Shown: positions 26,696 to 37,100, counted from the stretch's first letter. The stretch: 64,000 nucleotides of DNA from Escherichia coli (GCA_902499925.1 GCA_902499925.1_4130.1), one strand, 5' to 3'. Program-made: numbers and translations. The notes: generated by a model from the letters alone, not told the origin.

Positions 26696-26804
26696 TGTGT
26701 TTTACTTTACCATTCTTCATTGCTTTTTTACGGTCCACATGTGTTTGAGGTTTATTAAACTCATTCATATGCTTTTGTACAAAGTTGTTTACATTTTTAG
26801 CCAT
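26673..26804 (-). CDS. small basic protein (43 aa, below track cutoff)
   Basis: ATG 26804 with GGAG 6 nt upstream, MAKNVNNFVQKHMNEFNKPQTHVDRKKAMKNGKVKHKSRFILD; the stop lies inside the terminator hairpin. Confidence 0.5.
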   Translation of the reverse strand: MAKNVNNFVQKHMNEFNKPQTHVDRKKAMKNGKVKHKSRFILD

Positions 26805-26806
26805 AC

Positions 26807-27280
26807 TTACTCCAAATCGGGATCTTTAACTGTTAGGCTTTCAATATCACTTGCGTAAAGAACTACATTAGTTTGTGTCTCTGATACTTTAAAATCATGA
26901 TAACTATCTTTCACTTTAAAATTATCCAAAATAAACCCTTTACTACAACACATCATGATTTTATCATCTTTGATGGTGTATGTATTCTTTTTCTTACGTA
27001 CTTCAGATTGTGGGGTAATATTATCATTGTTACGAATAACACAATCAATGTACTCGTCATTTGTACTCATAGGCATACCCATGATAAACGAATTACTAGT
27101 ACTGATTGTTAGTATAAAAACATTAGTATTTGGATTGTGAAAGAAGTCGTGCATAGTTTTACTGCATAAAAACAAGCACTGAATTATGTCCTTTACATTG
27201 AACATTATATCATGAACTTTGAATGCGTCCAACTCTAAAATGTCATCTATCTTTCCATTCTCAACAGTTTTAATCTCCAT
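26807..27280 (-). CDS. hypothetical protein
   Basis: 157-aa ORF; no FQ motif. Confidence 0.6.
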   Translation of the reverse strand: MEIKTVENGKIDDILELDAFKVHDIMFNVKDIIQCLFLCSKTMHDFFHNPNTNVFILTISTSNSFIMGMPMSTNDEYIDCVIRNNDNITPQSEVRKKKNTYTIKDDKIMMCCSKGFILDNFKVKDSYHDFKVSETQTNVVLYASDIESLTVKDPDLE

Positions 27281-27322
27281 GATCTATCCTTGATCTTCAA
27301 AGGCACTCCATGTGCACATATA

Positions 27323-27823
27323 TTAGGTCACAGCTTTGTATTTCTCCATTGCTTCGGTGATATTCAATACTGCTTGCGGTACGTCACTTTTGTTGTATGC
27401 AGTGTTTAGTTTTTCCATGTTATTGAGAAGACTTAGAAACAATGGAAGTACTTCTGCATTGTCACTGAAGTTACAATCATTGACAGTACTCAATTGAAAT
27501 AACTCACCCGCATCAACATTGAGTGTGTTGTATTCTTTAACAATGTTTTCTTCAGTATTGAAGATGTAGAATACAGTCCCCATGTGGTGTAAGTATACAC
27601 CAGTTTCATTCTGAATATGACATGGGGTGATTACAATTGCTGTGTTATCAATATTATTTACTATTGTCAAACGCAGACTATGTAACCCAAAGATTACAGT
27701 ACAATCCTTTGTACTGTGTTGGATCTGGTCACTAGTAAAGGAAGACCCACTATGATTTTTAGAACCATTTAGTATTTCTTTGATAATTTTAAATGAATTC
27801 TTCATCGAATTAGTTAAAAGCAT
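27323..27823 (-). CDS. FQ-motif paralog (long form), function unknown
   Basis: 166 aa; DAGELFQLSTVND. Confidence 0.7.
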   Translation of the reverse strand: MLLTNSMKNSFKIIKEILNGSKNHSGSSFTSDQIQHSTKDCTVIFGLHSLRLTIVNNIDNTAIVITPCHIQNETGVYLHHMGTVFYIFNTEENIVKEYNTLNVDAGELFQLSTVNDCNFSDNAEVLPLFLSLLNNMEKLNTAYNKSDVPQAVLNITEAMEKYKAVT

Positions 27824-28223
27824 GAACTTTACCTTTAAGTAGATTAATTAATGTTCGCATAGATTCAGTACTGACAGTACCAAAATCAACACCTAAGCAC
27901 TCGTATTGAAAGAACTCAATAGAATCAATTGAGTCCAAAGGAATCTCAACAACCTGATTCCCTATACCAGACATAGTAACATTGCTTTTATTAATCGTCA
28001 AGAAGTTTTTTGAATAAGTATTAAATTTTAGTGAAATCGCGTCGGGGTGCTTTGTAACAATGCAGTACTGGGAACCATACACATATAGTACTTTACTTTC
28101 ACTAAGATCCGTTTTAAAAAAATGAATCCCATTGAAGTATTTCTCATTGGCTCCCATCGCCGCGATTAGTTCATCTGTTGTTGTTAACCTTGTTTCGTTC
28201 TTCGTTAAACTGTTGAAAAGCAT
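27810..28223 (-). CDS. FQ-motif paralog, function unknown
   Basis: 137 aa; SIEFFQYECLG. Confidence 0.6.
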   Translation of the reverse strand: MLFNSLTKNETRLTTTDELIAAMGANEKYFNGIHFFKTDLSESKVLYVYGSQYCIVTKHPDAISLKFNTYSKNFLTINKSNVTMSGIGNQVVEIPLDSIDSIEFFQYECLGVDFGTVSTESMRTLINLLKGKVHAFN

Positions 28224-28644
28224 AGAATACTACCTTAACCATTTGTAGTGTTTCAGACATTACTTCTGATGAAAATTCAACATCATTGAATTTCAGCATA
28301 GTGTTCTGTGTAAAGAAAGTTGCTTCTAAGTCTTCCAGATTGAAGGGTTCATCAAACAAATTAGTACTGAACATGTCAGTCTTCTTCTTGTATGTGAACA
28401 AGAATTTGGAATTATAACGAAGAACTACTTCATCTTTATTGACCAAAATACGTGCAATGTTCTGACGTGCTAATGTTGTAATGTTTAAATTGAACACGTT
28501 CTTGCGTGTTTCAGTGATATCAACAAAATACCCATCTCCCTGATGGATATTACATCGTACATCCAACCCTTTCTGTACTGTATTGAACAGTGCATCTTGA
28601 ATAAAATAATTTGCTGTATCGATGTTTCCTAAAATATCTAACAT
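28171..28644 (-). CDS. FQ-family-like paralog (degenerate motif)
   Basis: 157 aa; LEATFFTQNTML. Confidence 0.5.
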   Translation of the reverse strand: MLDILGNIDTANYFIQDALFNTVQKGLDVRCNIHQGDGYFVDITETRKNVFNLNITTLARQNIARILVNKDEVVLRYNSKFLFTYKKKTDMFSTNLFDEPFNLEDLEATFFTQNTMLKFNDVEFSSEVMSETLQMVKVVFYAFQQFNEERNKVNNNR

Positions 28645-29156
28645 AACTTCTCCTTGATTGCTGTCATATTTAGAAGAAATTCTTCAAGCAATTCCTCTGT
28701 AACATACTCAACATACCAGAATATCACAATATCTTTTGAAAGTCGAGTATTAATAAAAATATCTACTAACTCTTTGTAGTACTTTAAATCATTAAGATCT
28801 TTTAAAATCAATGAGTACTGAAATATTAATTCTTCTGTTAACTTAAATTCTGGATATAGTAGATCATTAAATTCCTTTGACCCAATTAGGACTTTAATTT
28901 CTTTAAAATTATTTGTTATACCACCATTGCTTCCATATAACGCCGCATATTCCATGAATTTGGCTTTGGGGTTCCAGTCCAGAACCGTTTCCCCTTTATA
29001 TGATAAACGATAGAACGCAGAGAACTTGGTTATTTCCCACGGTTGCTTAATGCCTAATTCATGTATATCAATCCCACTGTACAAAATATCAGTGAATATC
29101 TCACCAATCTTCAATAATAATTTAGTACGTGCTAGTACTGTCATAGGTTCAATCAT
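28638..29156 (-). CDS. FQ-motif paralog (long form)
   Basis: 172 aa; TEELIFQYSLIL. Confidence 0.7.
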   Translation of the reverse strand: MIEPMTVLARTKLLLKIGEIFTDILYSGIDIHELGIKQPWEITKFSAFYRLSYKGETVLDWNPKAKFMEYAALYGSNGGITNNFKEIKVLIGSKEFNDLLYPEFKLTEELIFQYSLILKDLNDLKYYKELVDIFINTRLSKDIVIFWYVEYVTEELLEEFLLNMTAIKEKLC

Positions 29157-29569
29157 TATACACCTTCATATTCATCAAGGAAATCTTCGATGATCATTTC
29201 TGCGTCATCCATGTGCATAGCATCAACTTCAACAATGCGAACCTTAGACGTATCCCAAATCATATAGCTAGGAACTGTATCTGGTTCGTAATCGTTTTGG
29301 TACTGAACTGCATCATAGCCGTTAATCTCGCAGTACTCAATCACTCCACGCCATTCATCATCACTGCCCATATCCGTCCATAGAAGCACGTTATCAACAT
29401 CAACTTCTAAGGTATGCAAGTATACTGTATCAGCGTCAACGACGTTTAGTGGGCTTCTCAGTTTGCGTAATGCAGCTTCTAAAGCACTGTGTTTACCTCC
29501 CATATGAAGGCCACCATACGGGATATAAAAGTTATCAATTTTTACAGTACTCGCATGATACAGTTTCAT
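29156..29569 (-). CDS. hypothetical acidic protein (not an FQ-family member)
   Basis: 137 aa; MKLYHASTVKIDNFYIPYGGLHMGGKHS...; no FQ motif. Confidence 0.6.
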   Translation of the reverse strand: MKLYHASTVKIDNFYIPYGGLHMGGKHSALEAALRKLRSPLNVVDADTVYLHTLEVDVDNVLLWTDMGSDDEWRGVIEYCEINGYDAVQYQNDYEPDTVPSYMIWDTSKVRIVEVDAMHMDDAEMIIEDFLDEYEGV

Positions 29570-29578
29570 TATTCATTC

Positions 29579-30163
29579 CTATTTCAGTACTTTGACCAGG
29601 GCTTTAACCGCTGTTTCAAGTTGTGCAAAGTCGTTGATTGTAAGATAATGAATACCCAATGTACTCATTTCTGAATCTATTTTACTATACAAATCGAACA
29701 TGTCAAGTAGATATTGATATGTATATGACTCCGATGACACACATGATTCTTGAAATAGACGTTCTTCCATATCATTTACTACTTCATCATTTACGTCTCG
29801 AATCACACCATCTTTGTATGTGTAGTAAATCTCATCCCATTCATCTGATAAGCGGAATAGTAAAGGTTTACCATTAAACATCTCAAGGTCATATGCATTG
29901 ACTTCACTCAATAACATATCATCAGGATCAGGTGTGAAATCGAATTGAGCGAGTGAAGAACCATCATAATCCTTAAGGAATACACCAATAGCATTCAATT
30001 TAACTTCGCCATAATTGCCATTCTTGAACTTCACACGAATATTAATATCAATGCTTTGAACCGTATCATCATCTTGGAACTGATAATCAATTTTATACTT
30101 TTCCCAAAGTTTTTTAATATCTTTGAAGTACTTAATTTTACTTTCTATTTCTTTAAAGTTCAT
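29579..30163 (-). CDS. FQ-motif paralog (long form)
   Basis: 194 aa; MEERLFQESCVS. Confidence 0.7.
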   Translation of the reverse strand: MNFKEIESKIKYFKDIKKLWEKYKIDYQFQDDDTVQSIDINIRVKFKNGNYGEVKLNAIGVFLKDYDGSSLAQFDFTPDPDDMLLSEVNAYDLEMFNGKPLLFRLSDEWDEIYYTYKDGVIRDVNDEVVNDMEERLFQESCVSSESYTYQYLLDMFDLYSKIDSEMSTLGIHYLTINDFAQLETAVKALVKVLK

Positions 30164-30791
30164 CTGGAACCACCATCTCTTGTATGTTCTTGCATTTTAT
30201 CATTGCACAATTAGTATGTAAAATGATAGAGTACTTATGTAATGATTTAATTTTATAACACTCATTAAGTACTGAAATGATGCCCCATAACTCTTCTACA
30301 TCAATAGTGATAGGTTCACTAGTACTAAGTTGCATTAGTGCTGCTTCCACATCATCTTTATTATTGATTTTGAACTGCATACCATGTTTCAGTATTTTGG
30401 TTTTTGGATTATACTCTGCCATTACATCACCTTCAGGGTAACCCTCGTGTAATAATAATGTTGTATCATAATCTCCACAATTGAAATTAATTTCATCATA
30501 GTCAGGAACACAAATCATTCCTTCACCATATTGATTATCTACTGATTCGATTGTTAAAATACGCTGATGTTCATTACTCAGGATAATAGAATCGTGCCAG
30601 TACTGCGTAGTAAATTTACTACGTTTCTTTTGACAGCACATACTTGACATAGAGCCATACTTTTTATATAGGGACTTCTTGAATGCTATCGCACCAGGAG
30701 CCACCTTAATAACTTCTCGAATTAGGTCAATAGCTTCTTGATAACTTTTTCTCATTTGTCGTACCCATATAAAATATGATCTAGTGTGCAT
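30153..30791 (-). CDS. FQ-family-like paralog (degenerate motif)
   Basis: 212 aa; DVEELWGIISVL at the equivalent position. Confidence 0.5.
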   Translation of the reverse strand: MHTRSYFIWVRQMRKSYQEAIDLIREVIKVAPGAIAFKKSLYKKYGSMSSMCCQKKRSKFTTQYWHDSIILSNEHQRILTIESVDNQYGEGMICVPDYDEINFNCGDYDTTLLLHEGYPEGDVMAEYNPKTKILKHGMQFKINNKDDVEAALMQLSTSEPITIDVEELWGIISVLNECYKIKSLHKYSIILHTNCAMIKCKNIQEMVVPDEL

Positions 30792-31303
30792 TGTACTTCT
30801 TCATGGAAGAACAATGGGTAAATTTGTATCAATTTTTCTTTAAGTTCAAGTGAATGGCATAATTCTAATGCTTTGATACAATCTTCATATTGAACTAAGC
30901 TATGTATTGTACTTAACTGGAAATGTTGTTCTTCAGAGTAAGCTAAATCATATACCAAATTATCATCTAAAAGGTTTGATTTCTTTGAAGGATCAAGTAC
31001 TGTGTTGCTATGACCTACCCAGAAAAAAGCATTGGTGTTCATATTATTACAACCCCAACCTTCCCCCATTTTCTGGTGAATAGCAAAGACACAACTATCA
31101 TAGAGATTAATACCAAGACGTTCTTCGTTGACATAAATCGTAACACCATCGATTGTCATGGTTATTTGGAAACGCATTGAACCTTCACTTCGTGAACGTG
31201 CACAGAAGCCAAGATAACGGTTAATAATTGTATTGATTTTATCTGCCCATCCTTCCACATCTTTGGATGCACATAATTTAAAAAGATCATGACTTTGATT
31301 CAT
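30752..31303 (-). CDS. FQ-motif paralog (long form)
   Basis: 183 aa; SEEQHFQLSTIH. Confidence 0.75.
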   Translation of the reverse strand: MNQSHDLFKLCASKDVEGWADKINTIINRYLGFCARSRSEGSMRFQITMTIDGVTIYVNEERLGINLYDSCVFAIHQKMGEGWGCNNMNTNAFFWVGHSNTVLDPSKKSNLLDDNLVYDLAYSEEQHFQLSTIHSLVQYEDCIKALELCHSLELKEKLIQIYPLFFHEEVQCTLDHILYGYDK

Positions 31304-31314
31304 GTAGTTCTCCG

Positions 31315-31896
31315 TTAATCAAGCATAAGTGGGATCATCGCCCATATCTTTTTCATAATCATATCTTCAGTAAAAACAAACGTTTTAGGTGCAGTATATG
31401 ATATTGACAACCCAAATGGAAGTACGATTGCATCATCAATTATATTATGAATATCAAACCATGTTTTTACACAATCATATGGTGGAAGTTCATGTATTGT
31501 ACTTAACTGAAAGTATTGTTCTTCACCAAATGTACTGCAATCAATATCACAAATTTTAGTGAATTGATGATTCCATTTAGATATAATACTGTTTTTATTA
31601 TTGAACATATTAGTTCTATGCATGAAACCATTTCTGCTAATATGATTTGATATTGCGTTTTCTTCAATATCATTGCTTATTTTAAAATTCATGTCAAAGT
31701 TGTAGTACGAACTCGACGATTCTTTGAATTTTAAATGAAAATAACGATTGTTATTAATTTCCATTTCAATACAAAACACATCTGAATCAAAACGATTAAA
31801 CTTGTAATCGTTGTCTTCAGGTAGATTCTGTAATTTTTTCATAACACCAAGCATAGGGTGAACTAAACTTCTAATAAAATCATTAGTTATTTTCAT
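31315..31896 (-). CDS. FQ-motif paralog (long form)
   Basis: 193 aa; GEEQYFQLSTIH. Confidence 0.75.
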   Translation of the reverse strand: MKITNDFIRSLVHPMLGVMKKLQNLPEDNDYKFNRFDSDVFCIEMEINNNRYFHLKFKESSSSYYNFDMNFKISNDIEENAISNHISRNGFMHRTNMFNNKNSIISKWNHQFTKICDIDCSTFGEEQYFQLSTIHELPPYDCVKTWFDIHNIIDDAIVLPFGLSISYTAPKTFVFTEDMIMKKIWAMIPLMLD

Positions 31897-32389
31897 AGTA
31901 TTCCTTTAGAACTTTAAATGATTCAACAATACTATCTTGTGTGTAATTAGAACTATATACAATTGCATTTGATTTGATTGACCACAGATATGACATAAAG
32001 GTTATAACACTACTACATGAACTTAATGTATTGTTTTGGAATTCATTTTCTTCAATGTTATCAGTACTGGTATTGATGAATTGGATAGTATCTTGTTTCT
32101 GATTAGACATTGAAACTAAAGTACAATCAGTATAAGGAGTGTACAAAAACGTCTCATTACTAATTGAACTATCATTAGTATATGATGGTTTGGTAATATA
32201 AATCAAACGCATGATATCACGCTCAATACCCGATTTACGACTTTCCACTAAAGAAATCATATCTATATTTTTCATATGATCAACATTGACATGGAACTTT
32301 TTGTTGAGAATTACATCTTTTGGAGAATTTTTATATGAAGATAAGATCTCATACATCTCAACTAATTCTCGTGCATTTAATAAACTCAT
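31883..32389 (-). CDS. FQ-motif paralog (long form)
   Basis: 168 aa; IEENEFQNNTLS. Confidence 0.7.
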   Translation of the reverse strand: MSLLNARELVEMYEILSSYKNSPKDVILNKKFHVNVDHMKNIDMISLVESRKSGIERDIMRLIYITKPSYTNDSSISNETFLYTPYTDCTLVSMSNQKQDTIQFINTSTDNIEENEFQNNTLSSCSSVITFMSYLWSIKSNAIVYSSNYTQDSIVESFKVLKEYYENN

Positions 32390-32814
32390 GTTTTGTCTCT
32401 TAATGAAAGAATATCCTTAGTATAAACTGAAACTGAAATATGATTATATTTCATCATTAATTTATACACATAAGAAGCTAGTACTAAATCGTAAATTAAT
32501 TTAGTATCATACAGTACTCCGTATTGTAAAGCAAGTGAATCAATATCATCTTTACTTTCAATATCCAGAAATGTGCCGAAATATGTAGTACCGTAGAGAT
32601 GAAAAGTGGAATTAATGCAATCAATGCATTCATTGTCCAATAGAGTAGATGCTGATGCCCTCGGTGAATCCCAAATAGTCACTGCGTGTATGCCCTCAAC
32701 GAACAAATCTATCCATATTTTGTGTCGTTGTCTTTTTTGTTTTTTATATTTTTCTGGATTTGAAAGTGTAGTGTCAATTATATCCCATATGTATAAGCAT
32801 TCATCTCTTGTCAT
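32386..32814 (-). CDS. FQ-family-like paralog (degenerate motif)
   Basis: 142 aa; DIDSLALQYGVLY. Confidence 0.5.
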   Translation of the reverse strand: MTRDECLYIWDIIDTTLSNPEKYKKQKRQRHKIWIDLFVEGIHAVTIWDSPRASASTLLDNECIDCINSTFHLYGTTYFGTFLDIESKDDIDSLALQYGVLYDTKLIYDLVLASYVYKLMMKYNHISVSVYTKDILSLRDKT

Positions 32815-33392
32815 TATAGCACCTTATCCATTGCTGCATTTAATGCTTTTAAACGATCAACATTCAAAGTATTGAAGATGTACGTTCCTAAAATGTGGAA
32901 ATCGAACTGGTTCTTTTTGTATGTGTGATAAATTAAACTACAAAAAACAACAGTACTAAGAACCTCTTCCGGTATAACGGTGCTCATCTGAAACAGTTCT
33001 TCATCAACTGTACTTGATTCTGGATTGATAGCTTTTAACTTATACTCTTCATCACCGAATAGTACTTTAATATTATATAAAACACCAACAGTACTAATAT
33101 GAAATGGATGGTGTGAAAAACTTCCATCATCATTAATTTGGATATCGGATCTAATCTCGCACTCTTCATTACTTTTACTATTATTTTTTACAATACAAAT
33201 ATTCCTGGCACCAGAAATAGTAAGAATACCGTGATCGTAATATTCTTTGGACATACATTTAGATGAAAATGACACATCACGGATGAGGTAATGTTTGTTA
33301 ATTTCTTTGGTACTACCAACAATGGATAACATTTTTGTACTGATATCATATAGCTGTTGGTGTCGGGCTGTCATATAACTATAAGCGTTCAT
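32814..33392 (-). CDS. FQ-motif paralog (long form)
   Basis: 192 aa; VDEELFQMSTVI. Confidence 0.75.
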   Translation of the reverse strand: MNAYSYMTARHQQLYDISTKMLSIVGSTKEINKHYLIRDVSFSSKCMSKEYYDHGILTISGARNICIVKNNSKSNEECEIRSDIQINDDGSFSHHPFHISTVGVLYNIKVLFGDEEYKLKAINPESSTVDEELFQMSTVIPEEVLSTVVFCSLIYHTYKKNQFDFHILGTYIFNTLNVDRLKALNAAMDKVL

Positions 33393-33963
33393 ATGTATCC
33401 TTGATGTTTTTGATTGCCGTGTGTAGCTCTTTTAATGTATCGGATTCACAGTTAATGAACTTACTATACATTACCAATTCACCAGTGTCAATAGCTTTTG
33501 CAGTTTCATAGCAAAGCATCATGTACTCAAACTCCTTGAAGTTGTCAAGTACTGATCTCTGGAAAATGTATGCTTCACGAATGTCTTCACTTTGATCTAG
33601 TTCTGGTGGAATTTCCAAATATGTATCATTCTCTACGTCATCAAAATTGGATTCGACAATTCGATTAATATCTTCGTGTAAAGCATTGACAAATATCATG
33701 TTTGGAGTAATGGAACCGATTTGCTCACTATGCCTTGATGTGCGGATATACATTGCCATAGTATCCCATGAACCTTTTTTCGTCGTTCCATAATCGTAAA
33801 CTTTATAAGACTCCAGTACTACTGAACCAAAACGATATGGTGATTTGCATTCAACTTTAAGACGATAATTTCCAATAGGCTCATGTTCAGTAATGTTGTG
33901 CTTTTCAGATAGTTCTGCAATGTCATGCATCAATTTCATAATTTGAATGTGTTCAGCTTGCAT
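33379..33963 (-). CDS. FQ-motif paralog (long form)
   Basis: 194 aa; IREAYIFQRSVL. Confidence 0.7.
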   Translation of the reverse strand: MQAEHIQIMKLMHDIAELSEKHNITEHEPIGNYRLKVECKSPYRFGSVVLESYKVYDYGTTKKGSWDTMAMYIRTSRHSEQIGSITPNMIFVNALHEDINRIVESNFDDVENDTYLEIPPELDQSEDIREAYIFQRSVLDNFKEFEYMMLCYETAKAIDTGELVMYSKFINCESDTLKELHTAIKNIKDTYERL

Positions 33964-34526
33964 TATAAGTCCTCTAATTTAACAGGTACATGTTCATTGA
34001 TGAACGTCTTAAGAGCCAGTACTAGATCTTCTAATTCTTCTGTACTGAATTTTAATATAGTTTTAAAGATTATCAATTCATTTCTTTCTATAATCTTTGG
34101 AATTTCATATGCTAACATAAGATTGCGAACAGTACCAGCGTTGTGTATGAGGTTCGCATTGAATAAAAGTACATCGTACTCGTCTTTTTTAATTTTATAA
34201 TTGTACTCTTCAATTACTTCATGTGTGTATGTATTCTTATAAGCAATTTTATTTTTATGAAATTTATAACCAACAGTAACACTATCATCATAAAATGTAG
34301 AACGATAATCTTGTTTTCTATCGCCGGACGAAATGATGTGTAATGCTGTGTATTTGTCCTCAACATCTAACTCAATGTTTGCATAACTGTTAACAGTTTC
34401 ATTCTTTAGGACGTTAATGTTATATTTCTCATTAACTTTAATGTACTGGCGTGAACCATTATCATCAATGAACTTAAAACAATGCTTTACCAACAATGTG
34501 ATTTCTTTAATTAATTCAGTACTCAT
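33963..34526 (-). CDS. FQ-family-like paralog (degenerate motif)
   Basis: 187 aa; KDEYDVLLFNANLIH; downstream of promoter 34554-34582. Confidence 0.5.
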   Translation of the reverse strand: MSTELIKEITLLVKHCFKFIDDNGSRQYIKVNEKYNINVLKNETVNSYANIELDVEDKYTALHIISSGDRKQDYRSTFYDDSVTVGYKFHKNKIAYKNTYTHEVIEEYNYKIKKDEYDVLLFNANLIHNAGTVRNLMLAYEIPKIIERNELIIFKTILKFSTEELEDLVLALKTFINEHVPVKLEDL

Positions 34527-34553
34527 ATCTTCTCCTGTACTCTGTTAAAAGCG

Positions 34554-34582
34554 ATTATAACACACCTGAATGCTCATGTAAA
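34554..34582 (-). promoter_or_regulatory. sigma70-like promoter (TTTACA-17-TGtTATAAT)
   Basis: Directly downstream of terminator 34592-34613, upstream of 33963..34526. Confidence 0.6.
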
Positions 34583-34591
34583 GCACTAAAC

Positions 34592-34613
34592 ACAAAAAGA
34601 CCCATAAGGGTCT
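34592..34613 (-). terminator. rho-independent terminator
   Basis: AGACCC-UUAU-GGGUCU then UUUUGUGUUU, after 34614..35132. Confidence 0.7.
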
Positions 34614-35132
34614 TTATTTTGGTAAAACGCTGTCAATGTACGCTAGAGCCTCATCTCGGAGGTACGTTCCATCTATCGTTATGTAATAGTTCTTAGGGAT
34701 ATCACTACCAATCTTCTCGTAAATTTTCATACATGATATCACATCTTCATCACAAATGGTACTCAATTGAAACTGTACTTCATCAGTTAAAGGTACGATA
34801 TCATGTTTAGATGGGGGGTTGGTATTTTCATTCAAAACAATATCAAACAAATTAGGAGTATTCTTTGACGAAATGTAACGATGTTTACTACGAATTACCA
34901 TTCTCGACAGAGAAATACTGGAACTCCATCTTGGGTCCACATCTTCGTATGTTAACGCAATTAACATTTCATAATAATCTTGGAATTTCATTGATGCATA
35001 ATATGTTTTGTCCTCACCGTACATTCCAAATGATTTGAATTCAATGTCACCTACATTGTGTGTATCACTATCACTATTCACGAATTTTAACAGACTGTTG
35101 ATTAGTCTGATTAGAATATCATCTTTATTCAT
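34614..35132 (-). CDS. FQ-motif paralog (long form)
   Basis: Track 34614..35198; ATG 35132 gives an 8-nt overlap; TDEVQFQLSTIC; terminator follows. Confidence 0.7.
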   Translation of the reverse strand: MNKDDILIRLINSLLKFVNSDSDTHNVGDIEFKSFGMYGEDKTYYASMKFQDYYEMLIALTYEDVDPRWSSSISLSRMVIRSKHRYISSKNTPNLFDIVLNENTNPPSKHDIVPLTDEVQFQLSTICDEDVISCMKIYEKIGSDIPKNYYITIDGTYLRDEALAYIDSVLPK

Positions 35133-35682
35133 TATCAGATAGCTCCCTGTGCATGTTGTATAAATCTCTAAAGTCCTGATAGAAATCTTTTTCTTCAAGA
35201 ATATCTTTTAAACTAGGAATCTCATCCATAATCTCATCGATATCAGTTTCAATAGTAAAACCTGATTTATAATTTTGTAAGAGATAACTAAAAGCAACAA
35301 TGTAAAGAATTTCATTTGGTTTATGGATTAACATGTGTTGGAACATAACTGATTCTAAATCAGATTCAGTACAAAGGTCAGCATAACATGTATCGTTTGT
35401 GTCAATTCGTACTTTACTTGAATTTGGATTCCATGTAAAGCAATGTGTTCCAACTGTTCCCAAACATCCTACTCTTGTACTATCATTTGTTCCCAAAAAG
35501 ATATCAAAATACGTTTCATCTGTATAATCGTATTTTTGTACTTTACCTTTTTTAAGGCACAAATCATTATCCTTTCGAAAAGTTTTAGATGATAATGTAT
35601 CAATGATGCACATTAATGTTTTTGCAAATGCAATACAATGACGTAATTCAAGTCTATGGAAATTATAATTAGTAAAATTCAT
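35125..35682 (-). CDS. FQ-motif paralog (long form)
   Basis: 185 aa; DLESVMFQHMLIH. Confidence 0.65.
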   Translation of the reverse strand: MNFTNYNFHRLELRHCIAFAKTLMCIIDTLSSKTFRKDNDLCLKKGKVQKYDYTDETYFDIFLGTNDSTRVGCLGTVGTHCFTWNPNSSKVRIDTNDTCYADLCTESDLESVMFQHMLIHKPNEILYIVAFSYLLQNYKSGFTIETDIDEIMDEIPSLKDILEEKDFYQDFRDLYNMHRELSDNE

Positions 35683-36224
35683 AATTGTACCTTCAATATT
35701 TTATCAGCAATTGATATAACCTTCTCACTGAATACATTACCAATCTCAATCCTTATATACATAGCAGGTGGAATCTTTCCTTGAAGTGCATAATATGTTT
35801 GTATACCTAAGTACTCATTATTTGATAATGAAAATTTGATTCTCTCCATATCTATGTCTGATTTTGGTAAATCTAGTAGTTCATGGTGGTAGTCAACATT
35901 TTCAGTGTATATTTGATTTAAGTAATTTGAATGATCACTACTAATGTAGATGCTATCATCACGAATAATTACTTTATAATCAGAAGGTTCAAACTTATCT
36001 TTAGGCGAAAAGAAGACATCATCTATCTTCTCTTCTCGTATACCGAATAACAATTTGCCATCGTACTTTACATCAAGCATACCACCTAGAATAGTAATTA
36101 CACAATGTTCATCAATGTCATGACGTAAAGAACGAGTCTTGTATTTTGGGTTAATGAAAATTTTCATTAATTTTATACAAATGTCGGCAATGCATTTTAC
36201 ATTATCATTTTCTATGTACATCAA
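35679..36224 (-). CDS. FQ-family-like paralog (degenerate motif)
   Basis: 181 aa; DMERIKFSLSNN. Confidence 0.5.
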   Translation of the reverse strand: MMYIENDNVKCIADICIKLMKIFINPKYKTRSLRHDIDEHCVITILGGMLDVKYDGKLLFGIREEKIDDVFFSPKDKFEPSDYKVIIRDDSIYISSDHSNYLNQIYTENVDYHHELLDLPKSDIDMERIKFSLSNNEYLGIQTYYALQGKIPPAMYIRIEIGNVFSEKVISIADKILKVQL

Positions 36225-36699
36225 AAACCCTCTTTAATTCTTTTACATTTTTAATGAATACTTTCATTGCAGAGATCTCAAAAGATAATGATTTAAAATT
36301 GCAGTACTTTTTAAAGTACGACATAATGAATAGCATCTTGAGTTCTTTTTCTGTGTAAATTAAACTATTTTGAAAGTAACTTTCTTCTGATAAATCATCA
36401 AGAAACGGATATAAAACTCCATTTGTTCTCAAGAACATGATACCTTCACTCCATGATCTAAATGAAAGGTAATCAGTCTTACCACATTCATATAAGGAGT
36501 TTATCATTCCATCAATCATTAAGGAGAACTCAATACTGTATCCTAATCTTTGACACTTGTATCTCTTATCTTCTTTCTTTGTAATTACGAAGTGATGACC
36601 CAGTGAGTCTTTGTTATCGAAAATGAAATCAACTGTCTCTAAACACTCCTTAGCGAACTTCATAGTTTCTCTGTACTTTCGGTTCATTAGTCTCTCCAA
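36205..36699 (-). CDS. FQ-motif paralog (long form)
   Basis: 164 aa; SEESYFQNSLIY. Confidence 0.75.
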   Translation of the reverse strand: MERLMNRKYRETMKFAKECLETVDFIFDNKDSLGHHFVITKKEDKRYKCQRLGYSIEFSLMIDGMINSLYECGKTDYLSFRSWSEGIMFLRTNGVLYPFLDDLSEESYFQNSLIYTEKELKMLFIMSYFKKYCNFKSLSFEISAMKVFIKNVKELKRVFDVHRK

Positions 36700-37100
36700 A
36701 CTTTACCAGGGAAGTGTTTCTCGTAGAACTCATCATCACTTAACATATAATCAGGTGTTTCTACTTCTATGGGTTTGTAGAATGTTTCTGGAATGTGTGT
36801 GATTTTATTTGGTTGTACTTTATGTTCGCGTAAAACCTTCTGTATAGCTCCTAGACGTTGTAAATCAATACAGGTGGGCAGAACTAAGCTGTACTGAAAT
36901 AGCTCATCAGGGGTCATTATAGATACATCCTTGGCTTGTTTGATTTTATTGTTGGCATCAATGAATATATCAAATCCAAGTACTGCATTATAGCTTACAT
37001 ATGTTGTTTTGTTTTTGTCAATAGCTGCACTTAAACTATATCCATATATTCCATGTTGGTCAACAATGCATCGTTGCATAATTTTAATCATTTCGAACAT
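36687..37100 (-). CDS. FQ-motif paralog (short-form C-terminus)
   Basis: 137 aa; TPDELFQYSLVL...GAIQKVL. Confidence 0.7.
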   Translation of the reverse strand: MFEMIKIMQRCIVDQHGIYGYSLSAAIDKNKTTYVSYNAVLGFDIFIDANNKIKQAKDVSIMTPDELFQYSLVLPTCIDLQRLGAIQKVLREHKVQPNKITHIPETFYKPIEVETPDYMLSDDEFYEKHFPGKVWRD

